The notes below the pieces were generated by a model. It had not been told where the DNA came from and ran no database searches. It was given only the letters and a program-made list of their open reading frames with translations. From a virus (lineage: Duplodnaviria; Heunggongvirae; Uroviricota; Caudoviricetes), in the IMG/VR virus record IMGVR_UViG_3300027721_000010, positions 31,003-95,002 of that record: a DNA stretch of 64,000 nt, one strand, 5' to 3'. Each line of letters begins with the position of its first letter. The first letter of the stretch is position 1. Below, in pieces: positions 48,229-57,340 of the stretch. The position numbers were made by a program, and so were the translations under genes.

Positions 48229-48759
48229 CTAATCAAGTTTGTTTATCACCGTGTCATTTATGAGCCTAAAACTCTTGATTGGAGCTAGGTCTGTGAGCGT
48301 AACTTGTTGAATCTCAACGCCCCACTTCTTAGCTTCCACCCTAGCTTTCTTAGCTAATGTGTTGTCAATCTCAGGATCAATGCACTCATCCATGGTTTTG
48401 TCCATTATCACGTTCTTGATAATAGATTGGGTCATGTCAGATATAGCATCCTGTGCGTCATACACTTCCAGAAGAAATGTTTGTACGTCAGCAATCCTAT
48501 ACTTAATTACTCCTTTCACCACAATATTCTGCTTATCCTTGGTGTACAGACTCTGCGGAGGAAGGCTGAGTGTAGTGACTACAACGTGGTTTGTCATAAA
48601 CTCATCCACAATAGGGATTCTGAAATGCAAGCCAGGCTTAGCCACCCTATGGAATTTACCAAATCTAAGAATAACAGCCCCCTCATAATCCATAACAATA
48701 AAGAATGGTAGGAGTTTCTCTATCCAATTTCCTATTAGATCTATAAGCCTATCAAACAT
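48229..48759 (-). CDS. SPFH/Band-7 (prohibitin- or stomatin-like) domain protein of 176 aa.
   Basis: Segments FGKFHRVAKPGLHFRIPIVDEF…VYDAQDAISDMTQSIIKNVIMDKTMDECI…ARVEAKKWGVEIQQVTLTDL match the SPFH consensus. Confidence 0.6.
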   Translation of the reverse strand: MFDRLIDLIGNWIEKLLPFFIVMDYEGAVILRFGKFHRVAKPGLHFRIPIVDEFMTNHVVVTTLSLPPQSLYTKDKQNIVVKGVIKYRIADVQTFLLEVYDAQDAISDMTQSIIKNVIMDKTMDECIDPEIDNTLAKKARVEAKKWGVEIQQVTLTDLAPIKSFRLINDTVINKLD

Positions 48760-51356
48760 TATTTCTTAGATTTAGGTGGTTTAGATCTACCCTTTGCGTT
48801 TTCTTTAGCTACAGCTAGGTCATTTTTCTGGTTCTCACGAGCCACCTGAAGTTTCTCTCTTTCAAGAGCTAGCTTCTCAGCAGCCAGTCTATTCTTTGTG
48901 TTGATGTCAGCCATCTTCATCTGGTAGTCCTTTGCAGTTCTGTCTCTTTCTGCACTTATCTTACTGATTTCCAGCACATCAGGAGTTCCAGACTCATCAA
49001 CATCAGCCAGTCCCATACCCATAGACTTGGACTCTGCAGCAATTAGAGCAATCTCTTTTTTATTGATACGGTCCAGCTCATTCTGATAGTTCTCATTAGC
49101 TATGTCCTGTTCTTTCTGCACTTGAGCTTGTTGCATCTGAGCTTGAGCAATTTGACCTTGTTGTTCAATTTGTTGCTGCTGCATCTGCATTTTCTGCTCT
49201 TCCATTTTCTGCTGTCTGTCACGCAAATCCTTGAACACCTTCTTCATTTGTCTCATTGACTTGGTGCTGTACAGCTCAATTACATCATACAGAGATCCAC
49301 CATTCTGCATCAAAGGTTGAGCCAATTGACGCAACTCGTTGAACATCTGTGTATCCTCAGGACGATTTGTCAAGAACACCTTCAGGTCACGGAACTTTAA
49401 GTCAGACCCGTTAACAGAAACAAAAGCAGACTCACCCTCATTAGTAATATAACTAAGCGTAGACTGAGGCTTCTTGCTTTCTACATACAGGGCAGCATCA
49501 ATGATGGCTTGGTAGAGTTGGCCCATTACATATTCGTGTGCTATAAACAGGGGTTCTGTTTGAGCATAAGACTGTTGTACAGCTGTGTTTACACCTGTAG
49601 CAGATTCGCTAGCTGTAATAGATCCCATACGTTGTCTACTCATTCCTACGAGTTCCCAACATTCGCTCTTAAGCTGTTGGGCCAGTGTGTAACGAGATTG
49701 TATCTCTTGTGTACGTGTGAGGTCAATGTCTCTAAACTGGTTGAAGCTAGAGGGACTCTTCAGGTTCTCAGGGCTGTCATCAATAAAGACAACACCTCTG
49801 TTTCTTGCCTCCAGTTCCCAGATGTCTAGGGCATCTTGAGCATCACCATCCTTAGGAACGGGGATGTGTCTGATGGATGTCAGGTACACCTTACCCACTT
49901 CCTTCTCTAACAGTTTGTAGAGCTGGTTCATACACACGTTGTACAGCACCTGGAAAGGCTTCATCAAATCTACAAGACTCTTAGCCTCTGTGTTCTTCAC
50001 CTCAAAGGTGATACCAACAATAGGGCAATAGTTAAGAAGTTTGAACGGTTTAACGTGATAGATATCTGGACCTATCTTGGTTCCCTGATACCACTGGTTA
50101 ATCCATCCCCACTCCAAACTTTGTTGTGTAGGAATGCTACCACTCTTATAGTTTTCATCTACTAGAACAGACTGTTCATTACCAAGCTCGTCTATATAGA
50201 TGAGTTTACCTATCTTCTTCTTACTTAACCAATAACCTCTAACGACAACATATTTGTATCCAAATGAAGACACATTTGATGTGAGTCCCAAAAAGTCTTT
50301 CAGCCCATCACTATTCTCCTTCATCTCGCTTTCAATAATCATACGAGTTTGGAGAACAAGCGGGTCAAATGTATCATATGTCACTGAGTCAATACCAGGA
50401 ACCACGTTGGGGTTTCCAAGATTGGACTCACGTACGTTAATTAATCCATAGTCTTGAAGTGAGCTCCTGAGGTGGTCAATCTCTTCTTTTGTGAGATCAG
50501 GAATGCTTTCAATGATTTCCGAAAGCTCCATAACCTGAACTGTACCAGCAGCATACGCACCTTGTGCTCTACCTGTAGGGTCAGAAATATACTTTCTGTC
50601 AGGAGTGGTGAGGAACCATGTGTTCTTGGGGTTAGCCACCTCAATGTTGAATCCCAGCTTAGAGTTGTCCTCATAGATGTGGTAGAACTCTCGTCCAGAA
50701 ATAAGCATATCTCTAAAGGCATCTTCTGATTTCTCCTTCAGATTAAACTCAGCCTTTTGACATGTCAGCACATGATTGGCCCACTTCTCAGCTACAGATG
50801 TGTAACTGTCCAGGACATCCTGCACATCTTCCATTGTCATTTGTTGCACCTCTTCCTCAGAAAGCTCTTCACCATTCATGGCAGCATTTGCCAAGATTTG
50901 TTGTCTAGCTTTTCCTAAAACATATTCTTGAAGAATCTGCGTCTTAAATTCTAACTCTTCAGATTTGCTATCATCATCAAATGCTTTCACCCTGAATGTG
51001 TCAGGGCGTTTACTAATCTCACCAACCAGTTCATTAACAGGAGTGGTGATGATTGAGTACATCTTTACATAGGCTGGCAATTGCAGATCTGCTGTAAGGA
51101 CATCTGTAAATGAACGCACCTGAGGTTCCTGATAGAAATCTTCCATCCTCAGGATACCTTTCATTAGGTCGTAGTTTTTGACAAATGTGTCTCTGTTCTT
51201 TACAAACTCAGCATAGGCCTTGTTTGCAAAGTAGTCCATTGTGTTTTTGATCCAGCTCTCATCTTGCTTCTCCTTGTCAGTCTTGAACTGGTCAGGAAAG
51301 ATGTTAAGATAGGCATACCTAATGGTAGCATCTTTCGTATATCTAATAATTGCCAT
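48759..51356 (-). CDS. Candidate portal protein of 865 aa, with a C-terminal coiled-coil and a Lys-rich tail.
   Basis: It lies immediately downstream of TerL with a TAATG overlap, and its size suggests a portal. This is a synteny-based inference. Confidence 0.45.
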   Translation of the reverse strand: MAIIRYTKDATIRYAYLNIFPDQFKTDKEKQDESWIKNTMDYFANKAYAEFVKNRDTFVKNYDLMKGILRMEDFYQEPQVRSFTDVLTADLQLPAYVKMYSIITTPVNELVGEISKRPDTFRVKAFDDDSKSEELEFKTQILQEYVLGKARQQILANAAMNGEELSEEEVQQMTMEDVQDVLDSYTSVAEKWANHVLTCQKAEFNLKEKSEDAFRDMLISGREFYHIYEDNSKLGFNIEVANPKNTWFLTTPDRKYISDPTGRAQGAYAAGTVQVMELSEIIESIPDLTKEEIDHLRSSLQDYGLINVRESNLGNPNVVPGIDSVTYDTFDPLVLQTRMIIESEMKENSDGLKDFLGLTSNVSSFGYKYVVVRGYWLSKKKIGKLIYIDELGNEQSVLVDENYKSGSIPTQQSLEWGWINQWYQGTKIGPDIYHVKPFKLLNYCPIVGITFEVKNTEAKSLVDLMKPFQVLYNVCMNQLYKLLEKEVGKVYLTSIRHIPVPKDGDAQDALDIWELEARNRGVVFIDDSPENLKSPSSFNQFRDIDLTRTQEIQSRYTLAQQLKSECWELVGMSRQRMGSITASESATGVNTAVQQSYAQTEPLFIAHEYVMGQLYQAIIDAALYVESKKPQSTLSYITNEGESAFVSVNGSDLKFRDLKVFLTNRPEDTQMFNELRQLAQPLMQNGGSLYDVIELYSTKSMRQMKKVFKDLRDRQQKMEEQKMQMQQQQIEQQGQIAQAQMQQAQVQKEQDIANENYQNELDRINKKEIALIAAESKSMGMGLADVDESGTPDVLEISKISAERDRTAKDYQMKMADINTKNRLAAEKLALEREKLQVARENQKNDLAVAKENAKGRSKPPKSKK

Positions 51357-53380
51357 TATGTAAACAATTTACTTTTTTTCCTTGGGAATAGTCCTCTTGA
51401 TTCTGTAAATAGCTGGTTTTTCTTGTTTGGTCTAAAGAATGCTTTCAGTCTGTCATCTCCTGATCCACCCACCTTTCCAAGTATGGGGTCCATCTTAAGA
51501 GCCTGTGCAATAGCTAGTTCTGCTGCTACGATACGGTCAAAGTTACCCTGATCGTTATATTGGATGATTTCCTCCAACAGAACAGGATCAAATATCTTTG
51601 ACACACCCGTCACCTCTTTGATGATATCACCATCCTCGTTCTTTTCCTGATATACAACAGCCTCCATATACTTCTTCAGACAGTTGTGCAGATAGTCTCT
51701 TATCTTATCTGCTGAGCGGTGCACCCCGTACTCACGCTTTACAGTGGTACCAGGCACCACCTCTTTCAACCATTCAGGTTGTTTCTCAAGGTAGTGTGCA
51801 TCTCCTTTAGCTTTCATATATTCTATGAAGGAGATGTCATCATTTTCACAGAGCGTACGTGCATTATAGTATTTGATAAGAAGTCTAGCCTGTTCTTCCC
51901 AGGTTTCTTTCTTATCAGGTCTTGCACAATACGAAGCTACGAACATATCTTGGTATTTCTCACCAGTTATGTCGTGCATTCTCTTATAAATATATACAGA
52001 ACCCAAAGATGTAGAATAGGCAGCTTGTCCTTGTCTATAAGGGTCAACTCCTGCTACATAGAGTCCGTACGGTGGGTTTTCTAAAGGAAACTCATATACC
52101 ACTACAGGAGCATCCTTCAGATCCGTATTCTTTAGGGGGAAGTTAGTGATGGGTTGTTTGTCTGTAAACTCATGACTAATCTTCTCTCCATCATGGAACA
52201 GAATTACAGGTGTACCTGTACGTTCCTGATTAATCAGCCTAGCTTTCTGTCGCTTAGCTGCTTCTATGTCAAATATGTTTGTGTCCTCATTCAGGAAGAT
52301 GTCATCCACTTCCATGGGATAGTACATCTTCTCTTTCAGATAGGCCACTCTATCTCCAGCCTTTTTCAGGCGTTCTAGATTAGATTCTGTAATTTGTTTA
52401 GCCTTCTCCTCATTACTCACCAACATCCTAACCTCATGAATATCACTTCCTTCAGGCTCCCCTAGAAACGCACCCAACGTACTTTCTTCCTTAGCCTCCA
52501 TTCGATACTTATGCGAAATAAACAGGCCATGAATACGTTTCTCATCTTTTTCATTCTGGTAGGTTAAGAAGTTGAAGTTATCTACATCAAACATCAGAGA
52601 CTTAGCATCCATGAATCGCTTCATGTCACCACCAGTACCTGTAAGAATGGGAGAACAACCCCATCCATAAGGTGTGGTGAAACCAGGCACAGCTGCCTGG
52701 AAACCTCTAAGGAAATTCCCTTTACCAATCTCATCAATAATTAGTTTACGTGGTTTAGTACCTGCAATAGCCTCTTCATTGTTACCCTCATCTAGGTTAC
52801 GAATGAGTATCTGAGAGAACGGTATACGCTCTCCTGATTTGGTCTTAATACCTAGGGTGACTTGGTTTTTCCAGTTGTCCTCAACTCTCTGCCATCTCCA
52901 TGCTTCAGGTAGGAAGTTGAGGCCCTTGTCCAGCTTGTCTGTGATCAGCTTTATATCGGGGGCATTCAACCCAGCGATCACATTCTGGGAATTCTCATCA
53001 AATGTAGCGCCCCACCCTATGTAAGAAGCCTCTAAAACAGACTTGGCAAAACGTCGTATTCCTAGTATTACCAAGCCCTTTTTTTCTTGTTGTGCTCTGT
53101 CTATCTCATTTGTCACTATCCACTCATTGTCACGTAGGAGAGGATTGGCATATTTCTGGGAGATTCTTCCTCTCTCATCTATCACATCCACCTCTGTGTG
53201 CCACACGTTCAGGTGCCAGTAAAGGAATGGGTTGATGTACACCCCATTCATTGAACACCCGTTTAGACATATTTCTCTATGAAAGTCAAAAAATGGCTTA
53301 TACTCTGCAGACTCACGGTCAGGCAGACGTCCCTGGTTAATGAGCCAGTCTTTGTAATCTATGCTTTGTATGCCATTCAT
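51356..53380 (-). CDS. terL: Terminase large subunit of 674 aa.
   Basis: A Walker A-like motif LVILGIRRFAKS, a Walker B motif KLIIDEIG, and a nuclease-domain Asp motif YVAGVDPY in the C-terminal half. Confidence 0.65.
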   Translation of the reverse strand: MNGIQSIDYKDWLINQGRLPDRESAEYKPFFDFHREICLNGCSMNGVYINPFLYWHLNVWHTEVDVIDERGRISQKYANPLLRDNEWIVTNEIDRAQQEKKGLVILGIRRFAKSVLEASYIGWGATFDENSQNVIAGLNAPDIKLITDKLDKGLNFLPEAWRWQRVEDNWKNQVTLGIKTKSGERIPFSQILIRNLDEGNNEEAIAGTKPRKLIIDEIGKGNFLRGFQAAVPGFTTPYGWGCSPILTGTGGDMKRFMDAKSLMFDVDNFNFLTYQNEKDEKRIHGLFISHKYRMEAKEESTLGAFLGEPEGSDIHEVRMLVSNEEKAKQITESNLERLKKAGDRVAYLKEKMYYPMEVDDIFLNEDTNIFDIEAAKRQKARLINQERTGTPVILFHDGEKISHEFTDKQPITNFPLKNTDLKDAPVVVYEFPLENPPYGLYVAGVDPYRQGQAAYSTSLGSVYIYKRMHDITGEKYQDMFVASYCARPDKKETWEEQARLLIKYYNARTLCENDDISFIEYMKAKGDAHYLEKQPEWLKEVVPGTTVKREYGVHRSADKIRDYLHNCLKKYMEAVVYQEKNEDGDIIKEVTGVSKIFDPVLLEEIIQYNDQGNFDRIVAAELAIAQALKMDPILGKVGGSGDDRLKAFFRPNKKNQLFTESRGLFPRKKSKLFT

Positions 53381-53715
53381 TATCGTCTGCTCCTGAGGAA
53401 GTCTTCAGCCATAGAGCTTAACTCTCCATTACCTCTCACTTCCACCTTAGCTTCTTCTTTCTCACGCAGTTTCTCCACAACCTCCAGAAGAGCAAGGTAA
53501 TTCTTCATAGTCTCTTGGATGAACTTACCCTGTGCCTCAATAGAAGCAATCACCATAGGCATCATACCTCCTTTGGCTGTAGGTTTCCATTCAATCCTGT
53601 CTTTTAGTTCGTGAAGAGGGTTTGCATCCACATATGCTTTCCAGCTTTTCAACTGTTCTTCAGCCCAGTCAAGCTCAGCATTTATATATGTAGTTTTTTT
53701 AATAGTCTTCGCCAT
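53380..53715 (-). CDS. Small protein of 111 aa immediately upstream of terL and overlapping it. It is a candidate small terminase or DNA-packaging accessory protein.
   Basis: Position only. Confidence 0.3.
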   Translation of the reverse strand: MAKTIKKTTYINAELDWAEEQLKSWKAYVDANPLHELKDRIEWKPTAKGGMMPMVIASIEAQGKFIQETMKNYLALLEVVEKLREKEEAKVEVRGNGELSSMAEDFLRSRR

Positions 53716-53980
53716 CTTGCTCTTTTAAAATGTTCTCCAGATTCATGCCATCCTTTATAATCTGGTCAAGTTCGCTCTCATCTGTATGGGGTACATCCAT
53801 ATCAAGCTCAGCCTTATACTTCTCAAGAGCAAACAATATCTCTTTATCAGTGAGTCCCCACACATCCCCATACCCATCAAGTGCAGTGGCAATGTGTCTA
53901 CCCATGTTATAGTTTGGATAGCTTATGTGCAACTGCTGGAGGAGTGCAAGCACTCGATAGTAATCATTGGGTTTTCCCAT
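53699..53980 (-). CDS. Hypothetical protein of 93 aa.
   Basis: ORF. Confidence 0.4.
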   Translation of the reverse strand: MGKPNDYYRVLALLQQLHISYPNYNMGRHIATALDGYGDVWGLTDKEILFALEKYKAELDMDVPHTDESELDQIIKDGMNLENILKEQDGEDY

Positions 53981-53989
53981 ATCTACAAT

Positions 53990-54169
53990 TTAGGCTATAA
54001 TTCCAGCCGAACTTGCAGACAACTTGCTTAATCCAGGCGTAATCACGTCTTTCAAAAGCTTAGCAATCTGTTCGTTAGCTAGAGTTTTAACATCTTCAGA
54101 TACTCCTGGTGTAGCCACCAAGGCTCCCAGCTTTTCAATAACAATCCATGCTTCTACTACAGGGTTCAT
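53990..54169 (-). CDS. Small protein of 59 aa (MNPVVEAWIVIEKLGALVATPGVSEDVKTLANEQIAKLLKDVITPGLSKLSASSAGIIA). It falls below the ORF-track threshold, and its ATG overlaps the stop of the upstream gene (ATGA).
   Basis: Hand translation. It fills the 185-nt gap and shows a translational-coupling overlap. Confidence 0.35.
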   Translation of the reverse strand: MNPVVEAWIVIEKLGALVATPGVSEDVKTLANEQIAKLLKDVITPGLSKLSASSAGIIA

Positions 54170-54417
54170 ATTAATTGGTTTAAATCTTCGTCATCAAGTT
54201 TTCTAGAGGGATCAATCTCTATCTCTACATCAAAATCCTCTTTGTCTCCCTTTGTATAATACTCCTCTTTAATAGATATTCCTATGTTATCTTGGAAATC
54301 GTCAGGTATGCCTATAATATCCACGTAATCAGCACCTTTGTTCCAGGCATCTGTCAGCACCTCAATGAATAACTTCAGAGGTATCTTTTTAAGGGTGACT
54401 TCTTGTCTATTTTCCAT
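54166..54417 (-). CDS. Acidic hypothetical protein of 83 aa.
   Basis: ORF. Confidence 0.4.
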   Translation of the reverse strand: MENRQEVTLKKIPLKLFIEVLTDAWNKGADYVDIIGIPDDFQDNIGISIKEEYYTKGDKEDFDVEIEIDPSRKLDDEDLNQLI

Positions 54418-54703
54418 CTTTTTTCATTTGCTCTTCTTGTTCTTGCGTAACCACTGCCAGCCATTTTTCTAATGGACAGGCACATGAAAGACATTTGGTT
54501 TTGGCAGACAGGGTGCACCCACAATGGGTACAATGAGCATCAAGACGGATGGTTTTATAGTTCTTTCTGTTAGCAGAGTGGTATTCACATCCCTTGCAGA
54601 TGTTTATCCTTTCCCTACTCGTCTCGTTTATCGCTGTCTTTAGTTTCTCTGGGGGCAGTAGGTTGTTCCTCCAACCCTCGTAAATCTGAGACACTAGTTT
54701 CAT
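54407..54703 (-). CDS. Cys-rich zinc-ribbon protein of 98 aa (CKGCEY…CTHCGC…CLSCAC).
   Basis: ORF with four Cys pairs. It overlaps the upstream HU-like ORF by 89 nt, so the start or frame is uncertain. Confidence 0.4.
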   Translation of the reverse strand: MKLVSQIYEGWRNNLLPPEKLKTAINETSRERINICKGCEYHSANRKNYKTIRLDAHCTHCGCTLSAKTKCLSCACPLEKWLAVVTQEQEEQMKKDGK

Positions 54704-54995
54704 ATATCTTTGGTTTTAAGTCTCTTATCCCGTCCAGAGCTATTTGAAGCTTCAATGCTGCCGACTTCCTTTTGGCTTCTGGCAGCGTTTCGTCATTTGC
54801 CCATTTCTCAAAAAGCGCCTTCTGACTCAGAAACTTCTCCATCGTCTTGTGCGCCTTTTTCTCGTTGAAAAAGAACTTCCCAAACCCACTGATTTCCACA
54901 CTCTTATTCTGTGTCAACGCCTCGTTAGCGCTTTGGAACTGGTGGTTAATAATGGTCTCCAGCGTCTTCTCACTCATCCTCACCTTGACCGCCAT
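54615..54995 (-). CDS. HU/IHF-family (DNABII)-like DNA-binding protein. The start is taken at the internal Met (MAVKVRMSEKTLETIINHQFQSANEALTQNKSVEISGFGKF…); the track ORF extends to 55079.
   Basis: The N-terminal helices and the ISGFGKF turn match the N-terminal half of HU, but the C-terminal arm is atypical. Confidence 0.4.
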   Translation of the reverse strand: MAVKVRMSEKTLETIINHQFQSANEALTQNKSVEISGFGKFFFNEKKAHKTMEKFLSQKALFEKWANDETLPEAKRKSAALKLQIALDGIRDLKPKIYETSVSDLRGLEEQPTAPRETKDSDKRDE

Positions 54996-55035
54996 CTTTC
55001 TGATGATGTAGTCCTTGATGGAGAGGCTCACGGGC

Positions 55036-55386
55036 TTATCCGTGAACAAGTCTGATTTCAAGGGTGACATCATGTTCAAAGTTTAACAAGATTTGTGGAT
55101 TCACCTTCACCTTTGTCCCATCCTTCACCAGCACCCCTACCTTCTTCAGCCTAGAAATGATGTTATTTATGGAGGCATTGGTGGTGCCATACTTTTCACA
55201 GAAATCCTTACGTATGTTAGCGTAAGAAATATTACCCCTTACAGCAGCAAAAGCCAGGAGCTGTATTTCTCTCTGTGTCAGCTTCAGATCGTTTACAGCA
55301 GACAGGATGGTATAATACCTCTCAGCCAGTAGGGTGTTATCCTTCTCAGCTTTCCTTAGTTTCTGTAATACGATGGTGGTTTTCAT
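55036..55386 (-). CDS. Putative HTH DNA-binding regulator of 116 aa (…LTQREIQLLAFAA…), an early gene.
   Basis: A LuxR or sigma-region-4-like HTH signature, and a host-type promoter immediately upstream. Confidence 0.35.
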   Translation of the reverse strand: MKTTIVLQKLRKAEKDNTLLAERYYTILSAVNDLKLTQREIQLLAFAAVRGNISYANIRKDFCEKYGTTNASINNIISRLKKVGVLVKDGTKVKVNPQILLNFEHDVTLEIRLVHG

Positions 55387-55400
55387 ATATTTAGTTAGTA

Positions 55401-55440
55401 CAAAGATAGGAAGTATTTATAACATAGTCAAATACAATCT
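55401..55440 (-). promoter_or_regulatory. Bacteroidetes-type sigma-A promoter on the minus strand: the -33 element TTTG (rc of 55429-55432), a 20-nt spacer, and the -7 element TATCTTTG (rc of 55401-55408). It lies about 15 nt upstream of the ATG of the regulator gene.
   Basis: Matches the TTTG…TAnnTTTG consensus with the canonical spacing. Confidence 0.35.
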
Positions 55441-55599
55441 TTTACACTATTGCTATATTATGTCCTTTTTCCCTACCAGATACACCATTCCCATTCTTAA
55501 ATCCTTAGTTATGGAGATCTCCATTCACCACATTCAACCACCTATTGACTATCTATCCCTAGGAGGTATAGAGTCTAATAACCCACCCTCCACCCCAAA

Positions 55600-55800
55600 G
55601 TTACAACACATCCCCCATATATCCAACAAATTTTTTTCCGTAAACCCATACCCTTACAAAATACCCCCTAGGGTAAACCTCTAGGTTGACTATCCCCCCT
55701 AGTTTGTTCCACGTGAAAAAACCCCCCTATCCGTGAAGGGGGAGGTTACTCCACACCAAGGACCCGGGGGCAGGATGCGCGGTGGGAGCCACCCCCCGTG
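55600..55800. promoter_or_regulatory. C-rich, GC-rich divergent intergenic region carrying three direct CCCCCCTA(G) repeats about 30 bp apart (at 55664, 55694 and 55722). It also holds a CCCCCT/AGGGGG hairpin (55722..55743) and a GC-rich block (55755..55800). It is a candidate operator, iteron or origin region.
   Basis: Read from the sequence. Its composition is atypical for this AT-rich genome. Confidence 0.4.
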
Positions 55801-55844
55801 CTTCGTTAACAAGGAGTCACCTTGTAAAAAACTGTCGAATAATT

Positions 55845-56264
55845 ATGGCACAAGAACTGCGTATCAAATCAGGCGTATGGTCAGAGAAAGGCAACTTCAC
55901 TGCAAAAACTGCGTACGGTAAAACTTTCTTCATCCACAAGAACCAGATGGCAGAGTTGGGCTACGAGCCTAAGGCTGAGGTTAAGTTCCCATTCTATGCA
56001 GTGGTTGACACCACTATGATTGGTCAGCTTGACAAGAATGGTGACCCTCTGATGGGCGAAGATGGTAAGCCCGTGCAGGTTGCTCGTGAGAGTGCTCTGT
56101 CCGTGTTCAGCACACTCGAAGAGTTGCAGGCTTGCGCCATCGAAGAGCGTACTATTGGTGCAGACATCGAAATTGCTGTTCAGCAGCACGTTCGTAGCAA
56201 GGTTAGCACCAGCGGTTTGAGTGAGCAAGCTGTTAACAACATCCTTGCCAGCTCATTAGTGTAA
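55845..56264 (+). CDS. First plus-strand gene, 139 aa, function unknown (MAQELRIKSGVW…). It is followed by a strong terminator. The track ORF begins at 55782 inside the GC-rich region, and the ATG at 55845 is preferred.
   Basis: ORF, an in-frame ATG after the GC island, and the downstream terminator. Confidence 0.45.
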   Translation: MAQELRIKSGVWSEKGNFTAKTAYGKTFFIHKNQMAELGYEPKAEVKFPFYAVVDTTMIGQLDKNGDPLMGEDGKPVQVARESALSVFSTLEELQACAIEERTIGADIEIAVQQHVRSKVSTSGLSEQAVNNILASSLV

Positions 56265-56273
56265 GATTAATCG

Positions 56274-56310
56274 AAAGTCTCCTCAATCAGGGGAGACTTT
56301 CTTTTATTCC
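56274..56310 (+). terminator. Rho-independent terminator (GTCTCC-TCAATCAG-GGGAGAC then TTTCTTTTATT).
   Basis: Stem-loop with a T-run, immediately after the stop at 56264. Confidence 0.6.
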
Positions 56311-56848
56311 TTATATATATGGGTGGGGAAACATGAAATGTTCCTTGGGTGGGACATATTAAGATGCATAACGCATTGATTCTCTGTGAGTTAGAGAGAG
56401 GCTGTGTGACCCATTACCACTTTTTAGGGGTAAAACCAGACATTGCACAATTATAAGCTTACAAGAATAAATATAGCATTAATGCACCACAAACAGCTTC
56501 CCAAGGGCTGACAGATGTGTAACACAATAAGTATAACAGCTACATTAATAAAAGTTATACATCTGAGTGCAGAGGGATATGTATCTTATGACCTGAAAGG
56601 GTGCTGCATAAAAAGTGGGTAGTAAAGGGTTAAGTCCCAGGATGTCCCAATCATAAGATCTAGCCACCATCTGGATAATCTCTGAAAAGGGTAAAGATGA
56701 TTGGCTTAGCCGAGACCTGAGCATGTCTATAAACTGCTTATTTATGTATCAGGTGTTTATCTGTTCGTACATCTTCACAGATCAGAGGCTTTGTGGATAG
56801 AGGCACAAAATCCATATTTTTTTACAAACCCTTAATAATCAATTAACT

Positions 56849-56953
56849 ATGTTAACATTATTCCTTATGTTCGGTCTTTATTTAGCCTATAGAGACATGG
56901 AACAATATGAGATTAGGATGGAGAACGATCTATATGAGCGTTCTGCTGAATAA
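56849..56953 (+). CDS. Possible 34-aa hydrophobic peptide (MLTLFLMFGLYLAYRDMEQYEIRMENDLYERSAE), preceded by a variant of the conserved leader motif.
   Basis: Hand translation, and the upstream motif taataatcaattaactATG. Confidence 0.2.
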   Translation: MLTLFLMFGLYLAYRDMEQYEIRMENDLYERSAE

Positions 56954-56983
56954 CTATTTCATAATCATTAAAAATCAAAAAAG

Positions 56984-57232
56984 ATGAAAAGCAATCTCTC
57001 ATGCATTATTTCTTTGAGCATTACAGGTGTTATATCTCTGTGCTCGTTATATTTGTCCTTCAGAGGTGTTGAAACTCTGGATAGTATTAATAACAGGATG
57101 GACAGATCTAATGTGGAATACCAATTTGTGGTGACAGATAGTACAATTACTGTCTGGGATGACAATAGGTGGGTTGGTACAGTGGCTCTAGAGGGTCAGT
57201 TGGACAGCTTGATTACATCTGACAACCAGTAA
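56984..57232 (+). CDS. Small protein of 82 aa with an N-terminal hydrophobic or signal segment.
   Basis: ORF from the track. Confidence 0.35.
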   Translation: MKSNLSCIISLSITGVISLCSLYLSFRGVETLDSINNRMDRSNVEYQFVVTDSTITVWDDNRWVGTVALEGQLDSLITSDNQ

Positions 57233-57244
57233 TGTTTATGTGCT

Positions 57245-57318
57245 GATCCTGTAGCTCAGTTGAATAGAGCAACAGCCTTCTAAGCTGTGGGCCATTGGTT
57301 TGAATCCAATCAGGATCA
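57245..57318 (+). tRNA. tRNA-Arg, anticodon TCT (decodes AGA), 74 nt with no encoded CCA.
   Basis: Manual fold. Acceptor GATCCTG/CAGGATC (7 bp); D-arm GCTC-AGTTGAATA-GAGC; anticodon stem ACAGC/GCTGT with loop CTTCTAA; variable loop GGGCC; T-arm ATTGG-TTTGAAT-CCAAT; discriminator A. Confidence 0.85.
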
Positions 57319-57340
57319 CTTAATTTTTCATTTTATATTT

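Noticed and set aside
55733-55921. A 62-aa plus-strand ORF starting in the GC-rich control region (MKGEVTPHQGPGGRMRGGSHPP…).
   Set aside because: It lies in the GC and C-tract regulatory island, overlaps the better-supported gene start at 55845, and its composition is driven by the G/C runs.
56560-56680. A tRNA-like T-arm, GGGTTAAGTCCC.
   Set aside because: It has only a 3-bp stem and no acceptor or anticodon arms could be folded. It is not a tRNA.
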